Numbered from the stretch's first letter, positions 1-28,304 are shown. The stretch: 64,000 nucleotides of DNA from Amoebidium appalachense (GCA_963693365.1 CAVNZM010000002.1:868001-932000), one strand, 5' to 3'. Notes: generated by a model not told the origin, from the sequence alone. Translations and numbers: made by a program.

Positions 1-320
1 ACACACACACACCACACACACACACACACCCACACACAAAACACAGGGATGCACATTCTGGCACAGGCAGGCACGTGCCGGCACAGGTACGCACACACAC
101 ACACCACCCCTCTTCTGTTTGTGTGCATTCTGGCCTCCTACCCCTTCCTTTTCCTGACTTAAGCTTTTGTCCCATATACCCCCCTCCCCCCCCCCCCCCC
201 CTCCCCCCTTTTCCCCCTTCATGTGACTTCCCACCCCGCACCCCTCTTCAATCCCCACCCACACAATTCCCTCCCCCCTCCCCCTCCCCTCCCCCTTCCC
301 CCCTCACACACCAAGTCCAG

Positions 321-4976
<4,656 letters not shown>

Positions 4977-5824
4977 GCTGGGGTCATGCTGGCAGGCAAC
5001 AGTGGCATGCGATTAGTACTACACATCATCAGAAACCAATGTGTGTAACAGTTGTTCGCGTGCACAGGTTGAGGTTGTAGGCTGGTGCGGCAGCTTGCAA
5101 GGTGTGATGTAGTGTTAAGCACATAGTATTGTACTTGTATACGTGCGTTCCGTATGTACACACCCGCATATACGTCACACACAGTGCTACACACACTTGC
5201 ACCCACACCCACACCCACAACACACACACACAGGCACACACACACACGCACACACATTCACACCAGCATTCATTCACACATGCGAAAGAACACACACCAC
5301 ACACAGTACCACACACATTGCATGGACACACGTGTGCACGTATCCAGTTTTTCCCCCATTCTATCTCTCTGATAACCTTTCCTCCCCCATATGCGCACAT
5401 AATAGTATTCCGCTCTGTGCATGAATGGCTACGCAATTTACTCTTTTATCATCGTACATGGATATTACGGTGGCTGCCAAGTCGTCTGGCAACTTGAATA
5501 TAAAAAAAATTATTTTAATGTAGGTGACGGTATTGCAAAGGCGCCTGTGTCAGGCTGCAGCTGTTCCCTTTTAAGTGCTCGTCTATGTCTGTTTGGCGGT
5601 GTAAAGAGCTTGTGCTTATGTATTATATAAATGTGGCCCGTGTATTGGTGAATGCCTCAAGGTGCATCAAGGCGTTTTACGAATCTAGTAGTGCACATTT
5701 ACTCATGGCATTAGAAAATCACTACGGCCCTGTCTCTTTGACATGTGATGGCATCGTTGAAATTCCCGCCACTGTCTTCGGATTCTGACTCAGCAGCAGC
5801 AGGGATCAACGTTTTTTTTTTTTT

Positions 5825-5869
<45 letters not shown>

Positions 5870-6177
5870 GAGTGGGTGAGTGGTGGTGGGGGGGGGGGGG
5901 GGGGGCAGGTGGCTCACAATCGGTGCAGTTTAGACCAATGGGATCAGGGCTAAGCACAAACAGTGCATTATTGGCCAATTGTTTACAGTCAACTGACGTA
6001 GGTCCTCTCGGGTGGATTTCACCACCGCCATCTTGATCAGCAGTTCCGAAATTGGCCGTGGATTTCACACAGCCACAGTATGAGCCGCCTGCGAACATAG
6101 TTTCGGCAGACCAGTGGTTTGAGCTACCAGTGTGCCCCACCACCCTATGTGCTATAGTACATAGTACCTCAGCAGGC

Positions 6178-14652
<8,475 letters not shown>

Positions 14653-14679
14653 CAGCCACGGTGGGGTGTACGTGTCTGG

Positions 14680-14785
<106 letters not shown>

Positions 14786-14856
14786 AGGGGGGGGAGGGGG
14801 GGGGGAGGGATGCGATGTGTATGTGTGTGCGTGCTTGTGTGGGGGGGGGAAGGGAG

Positions 14857-14894
<38 letters not shown>

Positions 14895-15164
14895 GGGTGT
14901 TGTGTGGATGTGTGCACGTGTGGCTGGCATGCAGCGTGGCGGGAATGTGATGTGGGTGTGGGTGTCTCTCCGTGTGTTCTGTGTGCATGTGTGTGCCTAG
15001 GGGCGTAGACGTGTGAATAATGGACGTGCTGTGTGCAGGCCACATATGTGTTGGAGTGTGCCATGTAAGTGTAAGTGCTGCATTGTGAGGCACTGAGACC
15101 CCTACTAGACCGATAGTAGTGTGTGCGAGGGTGTTTGTATGTGTGCAATGTGGACAGGAGAGTT

Positions 15165-15720
15165 TTCTTTTTTTTTTTTTTTTCTTTTTTTTTTTTCCCT
15201 CCTTCCCCAATGAATTGTGTGCTGTTGTTTCATGTCCAAAAATGAATGTGGGCAACAAAAAAAGGGTACACACTAAGTACATAACACATCAGAGAGCAAG
15301 ACCATCCTTTTTTTTTTTTTAAACCTTTTGAATGAGTTGATTGTTGTTTTATGTCCAGGAATGAATGGGGGTTATAATGTAAATTATAAGTCCGATGAAA
15401 TCATGCTACCAAGAGTACTGTAAATCAGTCTTGATAGGGATGCGCGGATCTGCACTTTTTGCGCAATAATCATTAAGAAACTGAACTCCAAGTACTTTGA
15501 TAAGCCTGTAGTGCTTAGATGTGAGGATACCTTTTCACCAAATATGATGCTACTCGCTGGTCGGGTGGGTTCCATTAAATGTACTGAATGTGAACGGAAT
15601 GAACGGCACGAATTGGTGTATGTTTGGTCGTTGGATAGTGCGGCATACCCAGACATGCATGTTATTAGGCAAGGAATGCTTTGGGTTGCAACCTGCAGAC
15701 ATCCCCTCCCCCGGCCCCTG
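15165..15720 (-). mobile_element. Two adjacent poly(A)-tailed retroelement 3' ends of one family
   Basis: Minus-strand CATTCATTCCTGGACATAAAACAACAATCAACTCATT..An (tail 15308-15320) and CATTCATTTTTGGACATGAAACAACAGCACACAATTCATT..An (tail 15165-15196) are homologous. Confidence 0.55.
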
Positions 15721-15724
15721 CTCT

Positions 15725-15759
<35 letters not shown>

Positions 15760-15908
15760 GAGCTCCCCCCTCCCCCCGTGGGCCCACAGACTCTTATAAT
15801 AATGTGTGCTTGTTTTGTCGGCAATGAATGTGTGTGCTTCGTGCTGTGACGCATTGTGTTCTAACCTCCCGGCCCCCCCCACCCCCCCCACCCCCCCCCA
15901 CCCCCTCC

Positions 15909-15979
<71 letters not shown>

Positions 15980-17093
15980 ATCTCTGCCTCCTGTCCCCGT
16001 CTCCTTTCTAACCGTACTGAACGTTTTTATTGGCTATATATACAGCGGATATAATCTGCAGCGCATAAGTAGGCATATTACAACATGCGCGCCCAATGGC
16101 ATATCCGTGTCACATGTTCTACAAGGCTTACAAAGTTTCGCAAGCATATATGCATGCATAATGATTCCCAATGGGTGAGGCGACGAATGTGTACAAATAA
16201 GACTCAATCAGGTCGATCACCTACATGATTTTTTTTCTCACATGAGAGAAATTATGAAACGGCTACAACTAGTACTATGTAGTTCACCCATGGCCATGTA
16301 TGCAACAAAGGGCCGGCTGCAGGCGTCAATATACTATGCACGTGGTGGCTGTCGATCGATCTCAGACTGTGATGCGTGCAGCATGCATGCTTGCGTATAT
16401 GGCATGGACACATGCACATGTACAGTATCATCGTGTGCACATGACAGACTGGTTGGGGTGGGGCAGTTGAAGAGCTGGAGGGCAATACTAAGGGCTGGGA
16501 TGCTAAGGGATACCGAACCCGCGAGGCAGGACGGGAAAGAAAGGGGGGGAGGATAGTTGTATCATCATCATTACGTACGGCTGTTTGCATTTTTTTTCCC
16601 CTTTCTTTTTTTCTTGGCCTTGCTAATGTGTAGCCAAAGATACCAATGAAGCCCTGATGCCTGCCCGGGGCTCAAGTGCTCAGTATTGCTCTAAGAATAG
16701 CACTACTGTGTGCATGTGCAGGAGGGTACTTGTGGTAGCTATGATCTCAGCAAAACGATATAGGGAATATATTGTACACCTTCACAAAAAAAAGGGTGGA
16801 TTCTGTGTAAAGAACTCAAGCAACATAAAACGTGCTGCATATTTACACAAATCGGGTATGTCTAAATACGTACAAACGAGTCCTGTAAAAATGATTGTTT
16901 GTAATATAATTTTGTGGTCACATGATGCAACACAATTGCCTCCCACCTGTTTGACTCACAATGCAATGGAATGCAGTAACACCGCTGCACACCAGTTCTG
17001 ATTGGGTGTCACAACAACCAACGCCTGTGGCGCAGTAGGCATGGCATACAAAGGAATGCATTGACACTAGTGCAGCCAGCAGCTGATTGGGCG

Positions 17094-18061
17094 CTAAGCC
17101 AGCTCACTGATCGGTGTTTCAGCCAGCCACAGGTCGTGCAGTTTGTTGAACAGCTCCTCCGTCACCGACACCTTGTAGGGGGTCGGGTTGACCATGCGCA
17201 GGTGGTCCTCACGGATACTGCGCATCTGCTCAGACACATACTCCTGCACCTCTGTGTACGTGTTCGTGTATGTGTATGTGTGTGCAGGCATGCTTGGAAG
17301 TCGGAGTGTGAGTGCGCATGTTTACGTTTGTGTATGTGTGTGTACACGTGCACGGTTTGCGTTTGTTCATGTGTATTGCGTGAATGTATGGACGTGAGTG
17401 TAAGCCCGTCAGTGAGTGAAGGAGCAACAGAAAAATGGTACAGGGGTCATGCGGGAAGGAACTCCACTCCATGCAACAGACTTGCATCTTCTATACATAG
17501 GTACCATACCCTTCACATAGCCATGATATGCAAGAATACCGAACGAATTTCCAGAATATCCCCGTCCCTGACCAATCATCCAACCCCACCTCCAAACCCT
17601 TCTCATGTCCAGAACAGAACCCCCCCCCCCCCCCCCCCCCCCACCACCACAAATAATACTACCAGAAAACCTACTATCCATTCCAAGTCCGCAAAATACA
17701 CATACTCGGCACCAAAACCCCAAATTTTATGCACATGGACACACCTTGGGGGGTTCTTGCAAAGCCCGACTCGACGGTGATGTTGCCCTTGTACCAGACA
17801 CAGTTGAGCAGCTTTTGCACCTGAGGATAGACGGTCTCTCAGCACCGTACTTGCACGTGCAGGCAGGCAAGGACACACTCTACACACACAAACTTCTACA
17901 ACGCGAATGGGGGCAGGAGGGGGGGGGGGGGGGGGGGGGGAAGAGGGGAAGAGAGAGAGCAGATCGAGGGGGAGTTGTTATAATAGGCCCGTCAGTACAC
18001 TTGAGCATTACATAACATGAGAAGCAAACACGAACACACAGTGACATGAACATGTGTGTGT

Positions 18062-18094
<33 letters not shown>

Positions 18095-18326
18095 GGGCAT
18101 ACAGAAGTAGGGGTGACCCAGGCGCGTTTACGAGGGATGAAGGGGTGGCGGCACAGAACCCTCTCCCCAGGCTGAGGCTCGAGGGAGTCTTCTGACTTGA
18201 GCAGATCAAGCATGGCAATGCCGTCCTTGCCCACGAGCCGGTAGATCTTCTTGCGCCCAGGTAGCGTCACCTGTGTGTGTGTGTACGTGTACGTGTGTAC
18301 GTGTGTACGTGTGTGTGAATGAGTGC

Positions 18327-18372
<46 letters not shown>

Positions 18373-18760
18373 TATGTGCTCGTGTCCAAGTACATTTCGT
18401 GACGAGGTTAGCAACTGTGTTACAGGTCTGCAAACGTGTAGCCACGGTGGCACAATGATGACCAGCAACAAAGGATCCATGGATTTCAGCATACAAACCT
18501 TCCAGCCAACACAGACAGGGGGAATATGATATACCTTTGTGATTTCGTTGCTGAGTTTTATTCTTGGACGGCCCTTGACCTCGACCAGCTTGTAGACACA
18601 GCCCAGCGCTGGCTGGTTCTGGCACGTAACAAGGTTGGTCCCCACACCAAACACGTCAATGCTGTGCCCTGGTGTGTGTGTGTACGTAACAACAATGAGA
18701 AGGTGTTCGAAAGGGGCGTGTGCATGTGTGTGTCCTCTGTGCTTGTGCCCATTTGCATAA

Positions 18761-18791
<31 letters not shown>

Positions 18792-19246
18792 GTGTTCACC
18801 TAACTTGCATGCTACCATCACCAGCAGGCATGCACCAGAGTCTGTATGCGCATGTGTGTTCCCTGTACCTGTGTGTTCCTTATGCCTATGCGCCTGTGTG
18901 TGATTCTTACGGCTATGGCTCTGTGTGTGTGTGCGTTTTCCCCATGCTTGTGCCTGCTTGCATGCAGTCTCCATGCTTGTGCCTGTGTGTGCTTATATGG
19001 TTTTACCCTGCAGGGTCAGGGAGGACAGAGTGTTCTCGTTGATGTCGTTGCTGGCCACAATCGAGCAGCCGCTGAACTTGAACTTGTCGTCCGTCAGCTC
19101 AGAGAGTAGCCCGTCTGATCATACAGTGTGAGCAGGCACACCATCTCTTATAACCTCTAACATTGTCCTAGCACAGACACAAGGAAAGAGACATACACAG
19201 GCACAAATGCACCACAAGCGCACATGAACATACACACACCCAACCA

Positions 19247-19287
<41 letters not shown>

Positions 19288-19916
19288 ACACACACACACC
19301 AGTGCTAGGTTGAGCCATGTATCTGTAGACATTCCGAAACCAATCGAGAGCTGGAACCACCTTACGACATTGACTGGGTATTGCCGTATATGGAAGAATA
19401 ACATTATATGTGTGCCTCATGGTGAGTCGCCATTATGGCTAATATTTCTATCCAACCATACCTTGTCATTATTTTGAGCCTCAAACCCCATACGTGTAGT
19501 TACATGCATGCACGTGCACACACCATATTTAGTAAAGATGGCACGGGCCTCCTTCGACAGATACGCCAAGTCTCCAGAGTCCAGGCGGATGCCTATGGGT
19601 GTGAATCCAACCTGCACCAATCAGCGTTAGCAACTAATTTTTTAATTTCGAAATAAAAGTCATTGGCTGCTCGATTACATACAACACGGGTACTGTTTTG
19701 GTACAGTTGAACAACTGCGCTGTGTTCACAGTTTTCAAAGCAACCGGCAAAATGCTTGAAGCGTTTGGCTGGGGGTTTCTTGTCGTATCGCCAGTCCATC
19801 TCTTTTCTCGATCTCTTTATTGGTGAAAATGCGAGTGTGCTTATGAGTGTGTGCGTGCATTTATGGGCATGTGGGTATATGCATCTGTATTTGTGTGTCG
19901 TGTGTATGCGTGTATG

Positions 19917-19955
<39 letters not shown>

Positions 19956-21222
19956 ATGCGCTTATGTGCGCCTGTATCTGTGTACGTGCATGCCTGTGCC
20001 TGTGCCTGTGTGTGTGTGTGTGTGTGTGCATTCCCGAGAGCCGGGGGGAGGGGGGCGGGGAGGGGGGAAGGGAGAGGGGGGTCGTAAATGCAATAAACCT
20101 AAACAACTTGATAAACAAACAGCACGTGCTTATGTGACACATCCATGACTAATTTATCCCCCCCCCCCCCCCGCCTCTTACCCTCTTTGTTTCCCCTTTT
20201 TTTTGTTGTGTGTGTGTGTGTGTGCGTGTGTGTGTGTGTGTGAATGGGGGGGCCATTTGACCTTTCTAAGGGCGGCAGCAACCAAGATGAAATTGTAGAC
20301 CCCACTCTTGAGGGTGTCGTAGGTGTCCACTAGGGCCATGAACGAGGTGGGGAATGACAGCGCATAGTCGGTGAATGCGGCAAGCTCACCCTGAGGGGTA
20401 GGTGTGAGCATGTGTGAGTGTGTGCGTGTATGTGTGTGTGTGTGTGGGGAGGGGAGGAGGGGGGCAGAGAAGGGAAGACGGGAGGGGGGGAGAGAGGAGT
20501 GGGGGGGGGGGGGGGGGGGGAGAACGAGTGGAGGGAGGGGAGAGAGGAGGGTGGGAGGGAGGGAAGGAGGGAAAGGGAGGAAGGGATAGAAGGAGCGAAG
20601 GGAGGGGGGGGGGGGGGGGGGGGGAGGGGGGGAGGGGGGTGGAAGAAAGGGGTTGAGGCGGGGGGTGGGTGAGTGGTGGTGGTGGGGGGGGGGGGGGGGG
20701 GGGAGGGGGGGGAGGGGGATAAGGGGTACCTAACAATGGGTGGCATAATCAAGTGCAGCTTACGCTAGCAGATGTGGTGTGTGTGCGAATGCCACATGCA
20801 ATGTGAATTTCCAGAATGAAATAAGGGTGTGTGAGTAAGGATTTGTGTCTGCCAAGCAATATGTGTTTCTTGTGGTGGAGAAGGGGTATAGATGGGTGTG
20901 AACACGGGGATTGGGGAGACGGATGCAGAGGGCAGCGAGGGGAGGGGAAGAGGGGGAGGGGGGGGGAGGGGGGGGGGGGGGGGGGATGAGTTGGACGGGG
21001 GCACGAATGAGAAGCAAAGCCCCCAAATAAATTTCAGAATCCACATAATGTAACCAAGAGACACCAAAACAAATGTGAGGACCAGAGACACTCGAACAGG
21101 GCCCACCATCAGAAGGGTTCCAATGCCTCCAGGGCGTGGTTATCAACCCATCCTTAGGTTCAACCGCTAAAGGGGACGGAAGAGGGGAGAGTGGGTTGGC
21201 AAACATGGACGGCAAAGGCACA

Positions 21223-21254
<32 letters not shown>

Positions 21255-21830
21255 CAAAGCAACACCACTGTGTAGGGGCTAACATGGGTGCATACATCGT
21301 TTGTGTGGGTGAGGTCCAGCTGCCGTCTGTAGTCCAGCACAATGTCCAGGAAGGACCGGTCAGACGTGCCTAACTTGTCCCTGTGTGGGAGACAAAGGGG
21401 GGGCGATGAGCATAGGTAAGGCATATGTGTGAATGGAATGGAATCGAAGGAGTGGTGGAAAGTAAGCAGCGATATGGCATGTGTGTTCCAGTGGCTAGTT
21501 TACATATTATGGGCTTGCAACCATCCCTAGCCTGCCCAGTTCCTTTATTTTTGCTAATGTGGTTGGAGGTTAAACAGGGCGGGAAGCAGCAGACGATTTG
21601 GAAATACATAACGGGCAAGGGGAACAGGGGGGGGGCGGTGGGGGGAGGGGGGGGGGGGGGGGTTCGACGTAAACATGGAGCACAGACATACAAGCCATGA
21701 GGCCACCAACAGAGATGTGCAGCCACGGGTCCCTTGAGAAACAGAGGGAAGAAGGGGAGAGTGGGGAGGAGAGGACCAAAATACATGTGCAATATGCACG
21801 CTTGGGATGCTTGAAGACCCCCCCCCCCCC

Positions 21831-21874
<44 letters not shown>

Positions 21875-22537
21875 AGACGATGCTTGAACAGAAGGAGGGG
21901 GGGGGGGGGGGGGGGGGGGGTTTGCTTATTATAAGACATACTTTCCGCCGTGCCTGACATCAGCGAGGGAGGAGAATGAGGAGACAAATGCGTGTGCGTG
22001 TGTGCCCTTGACGTCGATGTTGAGGAACTTGCCAGCTAGCACGTTGCTGGTGGCATTAAACCCTCCGTAGTACGCATACTTGCTGGCCGACATGGCTCCA
22101 TCAGGGCCCTGTGTGAAACAAGGAACGTGAGCTGAGAGGGTGGGGGAAAGGGAAGAATGGGATGGAAGGAGGGGGAAATGAAGAAGAAGAAGGTGCAAAG
22201 GACAAAGGCGTGGAGAAGAGAGAACAGAGAGAGGGAAAAGGGAAAAAGGAAGGGAATGATTGGGGGATGGCGCAAAAGACAAAGTGTTGGGGGAGGGAGA
22301 AAAGGAGAGAGGGATGGAGAAAGGAAGAGGGAGGGAGGGTTAGAAGGAGAAGCGGAAGGCACAGTGATGAGGTATTGGGACGGAAGGGTGGTGGTGGGGA
22401 CAAGCTCAGAATGGAAGAGGAAAATACGTGGAGAGGGAGTGGCAACGGCGTGTTGAAAGGTTTAAGGGTGGAAGGTGGAGCGTAGAGCCAGTGGATAATA
22501 CCGGGGGGGGGGGGGGGGGTAGGAATGGAGTGTGTCC

Positions 22538-22585
<48 letters not shown>

Positions 22586-25073
22586 AGTGCATGAGGAAGT
22601 CAGGGCATGGATATGCAGAACAGATGAAGCAACAACTGCCTCTTGGAAATCTCGCGAGATTCAAGCGTAGCTAGCGAAGACAACCACTATGTAACTTGCT
22701 GTTTCCATCGATTTCGTTGCTTTACAGCTTTAGAACCTAAAGGGTGCCCACCAACGCCGAAGAATAAGATACGTCCATCAGTACCGTTTACGTCTAAGGC
22801 AATGCTACGCTGCAGACTTGGTAAAATGTGCATTTTCCTTTCCCCCGCCAGTTGATCTTCGCCGGGTCGGTATTGCGGCCGACCCAACCTTCTAACTTCC
22901 GGCAGGTATTTTTTCAAACTAGTTGAACAGACTCCTCGTTGCAATCACAATTTAACCCCCCCTGGTGCCTTCGCCAGGAGGAAGAAACAAAGTAGCCGCA
23001 AACATTCTTGTATTTCCTAATTTTTAACTACAGCAGATAATAATGCACCGCCAAAATTCTGCCCAAAGCCCCCCCCCCCCCTTCTTCCCAGTCTATGTCC
23101 GTATGAGCCCACACACGTACATGCCCACTGCATTTTACCTCCATGGCCAGCACATGTCCCTCTCATCCATACACACAATATCTCGTATAGCTCTGTCTGA
23201 ACTCGCCGCACTTTGGAATAGAACCCCCTCCCTCTCTCATCTTTTTTAGGGGGGGGCAATCCATATGCAAGGAGAAAGACAGTGCTAGCCCAGACACAAT
23301 GCAAGTATGGATGAAAGGCAAACATGTACACGTGGTGCATGCTTTGGGGCTCATACGGACAGACCTGGGCTCTACGCAGGCCAAACTCAAGCAGGACTTT
23401 CTTGGGCCCCACGAGGGTGCGGTAGCGGGAGGCATTTGTGGCCATCAGGCTGGCATAGTTGATCAGGCACAGGAACGTGGACTCCATCAGCTGGGGAGGG
23501 GGGGGGGTTAGAATGTGTTACAGAGTACGAAGAGCACCACAAGGACGAACAGCACAATGTGAATGGAGAGAAGGAGGGGGGAGGGGGGGGAGGGGGGGAG
23601 GGGGGGGGGGGGGGGGGGGGGGGGGCAGGGAGCACACAACGAGCATGTATCATAATTAGAGCCAATCCTCGGGAGGGTTCCAAGTCATCCATAGTACAGT
23701 GAGGGGCGGCGGGGGAGGGGGAAGGGGGAGGGGGGTTTGGTGGGTAAAGGGGGGGGGGGGGGGTAGGAAGTGGGCCAGTCAAAGGGGGGGAGAGAGGGGG
23801 GGAGGGGGGAGGAGGGGGAGTGGGCCAGTTGAGGGCTGGGACGGGGGGTGTGGAGGGTAGGTGGGTCAGTACGGGAGCTAGAAGGGGTGTGTGTGTGGGG
23901 GGGGGGGGGGGGGGGAGATAAGGCAAGAGAGGGGTGGGGGTGGGGGTAGGGGGGTGGGAGAGGGAGTGGAGAGAAAGAAGGGGAAAGTGAAGGGTCAGAA
24001 AACGACGGAAAAGCAAAGCACCAGGACATAAGAGAAAATCTTGACACGGCCTTGCCGCCGGCTGAGAGACATGTCTAGGCGCACCAACCTCCCAACCCCT
24101 AACATCGTATGTTCATCTCATCTTTCTGCCTTAAAGGCATCAACTCCCCCCCCACCTCCCACCCCCTACCCCCCTCCATGCTGCCTCCCTCTATCCCCCT
24201 TGCCCTCTTCTCAGCCACCCATTCCCTCCACCTTCATGCATCATATACATCATCCATCAAACCCCCCTACCACCACCACCACCCACCCACCCATACACAC
24301 ACACCACCACCACCACCCACCCACAACTTTCAGCGATGGAGACACACCTGAGCAACAGCAATTGGTCCCTCAATACGTAGAAGGGGTACCCGTGGGAAAC
24401 AAACGGTGCCCTCGAGAGGGGCGTAGATCTGTATAACAGTACATGCATCGATTAAACTGCGATTGGATATTCTGCGATCCGATTATTGAATATTTTCTTA
24501 GGTTTGCGGTATAGCCTGTAAAGACTGGGTGAGGGAGCAGACAGGTGCTTGGATTGTGAAGAAACTCAAGCAATTAATGCCGCTTTGCGACGTAGCGGAC
24601 ACAAAGACCTTTCTTTGAGGTGATAATGGGCTATGTGGGTATGAGGTTGTTGTCCATGTACATATTATTTCCTTGACTGGTTTCCTGATGCCACCCCCCC
24701 CCCCCCCCCCTCCCCCTCCCCCTCGGACACACACATAGAAACACCCAACCTTCGGGAGGAACTTTACCCAAAAAAAGCTTTTCTGCCTATCACCTTGTAT
24801 GCAAAAAACATGTTCGTGCGCGCTTCCACTCCGTGTTTTACAAAACTCGGTGTGAGTGTGTGGGTGTGTGAGTGTGTATACCCGCGCTCGCAAGGACAAG
24901 GGGAGGAGATGTGCTGGTGAGCCGGTCGGGGAGGAGGGGTGCGTGGATCGAGAAGGCAGGTGGGGAGCCGGTGGCGGGGGGATGTGGAGGGGGAGGGGGG
25001 GGCAATCCAAAAGGCAGGAAAGAGGGAGTGCGCAAGGGGGGGGGGGGGGGGGGGGGGGGGGAGGGGAGGAGGG

Positions 25074-25124
<51 letters not shown>

Positions 25125-26495
25125 GGGCACCGTCAACAGGGAGGCATCAATGTTTCGGAACCACTCGAAGAAGCCAGGCTCACAGGAGGGCATCAGGCGG
25201 CGCAAGTACTCCACATCACTGTCGCTCACCTTGTAGTGCGCAACAAAGCGCAGCACCTGGGGGAGGGAGAGAAATGAGCAACAGCTCAACACAGGTTTGT
25301 GGTGGTGTTGGATTCATCTTTGGGTGTGTCGAGAAAGAGTTATTCCTATAGACTGTTTCTTGGACAGCAGTTCTCCGATGTTGACAACTTGACTCGAGAA
25401 CGTCAGAACGTGTTTATGATCAACACGGAAGAACAAACCAGCAGGCAGGAGGCCCAAGAGAGAAGGGGGGCAGGGCTAAAGGAGGCAGGAAGAGGAGAGG
25501 CATACTGGGTGTCGAGGCGTTCCGAGACGTCAGTACACAAAGTATTCACAACAAACATAAAAAGATCGAGCACGAAACTCATGACCAAAGAAGTGGGCAA
25601 AACGAAGTAGGCGATGAAAGTCGCAAACCAGCTGATGTGCAAGGCAGTTACATAACCGTCAGGCTGCTGTTGGGTGACCGGACAGCCAAGCCGCTTGGTT
25701 AGCTGTTACGCAGAAACATGGCCAAGAAGAAACAGCTTAGCTTGAGCTTGTTAGGTGCCAAACTGAAACAGTTAAGTAAAAAGGGAAGCTACGGGGAGAG
25801 GTCAGCAGCCTACCTCGTCAAGACCTGCAAAGATAGTGTACTCGCCCCCAAAGGGATTCTTGCGGAAGAAAAGATCGAAGATGGCGTGCTCCTCGTGCCT
25901 GCCTGCCTGCCTGTAGGAGAAAGGAGTGGACATGTTACACACCTTCGGAAGTAAGGCCTGCTTATGCGAGGCCTAACCCAACGGGCTAACTATTTCCTTA
26001 ACGCCAGAGTGAATGGGCAAAACCAAGAGCTTCCAGGACATAAACCGCACGGTCGCAGTTTAATCATACCATAAACCAAGTCGATACCAGATCCACTCCT
26101 CCATGCCCACAAATGAACTTATCTGGTATTGTTTGTATCAGAGCTAAGGAAAAGTTCTCAATAAAAAAAGAAAATAAGGGCGTAAAGATGGAGGAAGAAG
26201 GGTGGTTGAAGACAGCCCTGGAGGCTGTGTGAAAACTCGAGAATTGGTTGATGGGGCGAGGAGGGAGAGGAAGAAGGGAGAAGGGAGGGTTGAGGAGGGA
26301 GAGGGGGGAAAGGGGAAGGGGGGGGGGGGGGGAAGGGGGGGGGGGGGAGGGGAGGTTGGTTGGCTACCAGTATGCGTAGGCCATTGTCAGCTGGTACAAG
26401 TCTGTCAGGAGAGGTGTGACCAGGGGGTTGGTGGGAGGAGGGACAGGTTCATTGTGGAACTCGATCGAGTGGTCGGGCTCAATTGGGGCTGCCAT
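17094..26495 (-). CDS. NAPRT: Nicotinate phosphoribosyltransferase, 14 exons, complete
   Basis: Exons 26495-26368, 25910-25814, 25256-25131, 24428-24348, 23490-23365, 22108-21942, 21380-21296, 20390-20262, 19611-19524, 19114-19007, 18668-18535, 18270-18103, 17820-17745 and 17251-17094, all GT-AG and in frame. Motifs: [113 protein letters not shown]. Confidence 0.97.
23508..23565 (-). mobile_element. Short terminal fragment of the C-run-anchored element (NAPRT intron)
   Basis: Gn-TTAGAATGTGTTACAGAGTACGAAG; a further block CCAAGTCATCCATAGTAC sits at ~23680. Confidence 0.55.
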
Positions 26496-28304
26496 TCTCA
26501 AACTGTACCCCCACAGGGAAAAAGCCTCTTTGATTCTTCCCAACCAGGTGTTTAACTCTTCAGAAAGTGAACAGTACAGTTCTGGTTTGGGAGTTTCCGA
26601 TTCAAAGCTGTACTACAACTCAACTTCAAACCGTGTTCTGTGCTACGTAGGGTTTGAGAAAGTTTGTGCGTTGGCGCGAACTTTGATCCCGTTGATCGCA
26701 GGATCGCGCTTTTAGGTAGCCCAATCGGATGTTTTGTGTATTACCCATATATGGGATTTCTAGATATAGTAACAGCAACAAATGTTTGATTGGCCAAAAG
26801 CTTTTTAGTGACGTCATCAATGTTGCAATACCAAGGCCGGCCGGCCGGCCACCGCCAGCGGGCCGCTGAGCCTCGGAAGGCTTCCAGCAACTTGAAAGCT
26901 TGGGCGCACGAACACGAAGAAAAGTGTTGTAGGCCTGGGCACGCTTGCCATGTATGTGTGGGGTGTGCACGTTCAGTTGGGTGTACACAGTCGAGTTTCA
27001 ATCTATTGCGGAAAAGGTTGGCCAATGGCCCTGGCATCCCCGGCCGGGGTTCTCAGGGCTTTGTAAGCCTCCGGAGCAGCCGGCCAGCTGTTGTGTGTGA
27101 CACCAGCCTGCTGGATAATCAGGATGAAGCTGGCTAATATAGTCTAAGGCCAAGCTAGGGTAGTGGCAATGCCTCCAATAGACACTATTGGGCTCGGTGT
27201 GCACGTGTACGTGTGCGCGTTGTGTGAGAGAATGACGCGTACATGTGTGTGATATGCAAGTGTCCCAGGGCTAAGCCGAGGGGGCTGGTAACGTCAGTGG
27301 CCAGGCCCCGGCTGGCAGAGTGCGGAAACCGCATACAATAACTGAGCGAGTGTAGGTGGGTCCGGGTAAGCCGGGCTGTGCTAGTCACCTTCAGATGTTC
27401 ACTGTTTTACTTAATGCACTACACATGTGGTCACCGTGGTAAGATGCCAGTGACCTTACGTAAACAACCTGAACATGCAAAGACCAGGGAACCAAATACG
27501 TGTTCAAAAACTACTACATGAGGAACTTCGGGCTGGCTATCATATACTTGGAAGAAAGGAGGGCCACGAAGGGGTGAAAGGGACGGAGATGACGTCCCGA
27601 GAGATCTACGTACAAACCCGGCTCCTCACTCAGGCTGCAGCTGATCTCGATCGAGAGCTGCTGAGAATGATCAGATTCAAATGTAGTAGGACCTGAAAGC
27701 TGTACATGTTATACGGGGTTGAGCAGAACCGAGCTGGACGAGGGAGATTTTAGAAGGTTTTTTATAAACCTGCGAGGTGTGACTGTGTGTGTCACGGTGT
27801 GAGCCAGTGTGTGTGTGACGTGTGTGTGTGTGTGTGTGTACGTGTGTGTACGTGTGTGTGTGTGTACGTGTGTGTGTTTGTGTGTGTACGTGTGGTGTGG
27901 TGTGGTGTGTGTGTGTGTGTGTGTTGTGCGTGTGTGTGCGTGTTCGTGTGCGTGTGTGTGTGTGTGTGAGTGTGCGTGTGTGTGTGTTTGCGTATGTCAC
28001 GGTGGCGTGGCTAGCCGGAGGGACGCCGGCGAAGGGCCCGCCGCAGGGGGGGATGCTTGACAGATTACGTAACAGTTAGGCCAGCTCAGGTCTAAAATTA
28101 GTGCATTTTCATAGTCTAGCTATTCCATGTGCGCTAAATATAGCACATAGACAGGGCTGGCTCATCATTTGGGGCGGCTGACCGGTCGGAGCGAAACAGC
28201 GCAAACGTTTCTGCAGCTGAAAATATTGTTACGGCCGTTTGTGGTTTCATAGCACAACGTCAGGCGGAAGTTCTACCCTATTGAGGCACCCACACGCACA
28301 CACC
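26496..28304. promoter_or_regulatory. Divergent intergenic region, probable bidirectional promoter between NAPRT and the orphan gene
   Basis: Start codons face outward at 26495 (-) and 28305 (+). CCAAT-like (ATTGG ~26789) and CRE-like TGACGTCA (~26808-26815) motifs are visible, but no TSS can be determined from sequence. Confidence 0.4.

Noticed and set aside
18525-18534. NAPRT donor GTATATCAT as a U12 site
   Set aside because: It lacks the TATCC core and no CCTTAAC branch site precedes the acceptor, so it is treated as a major intron.
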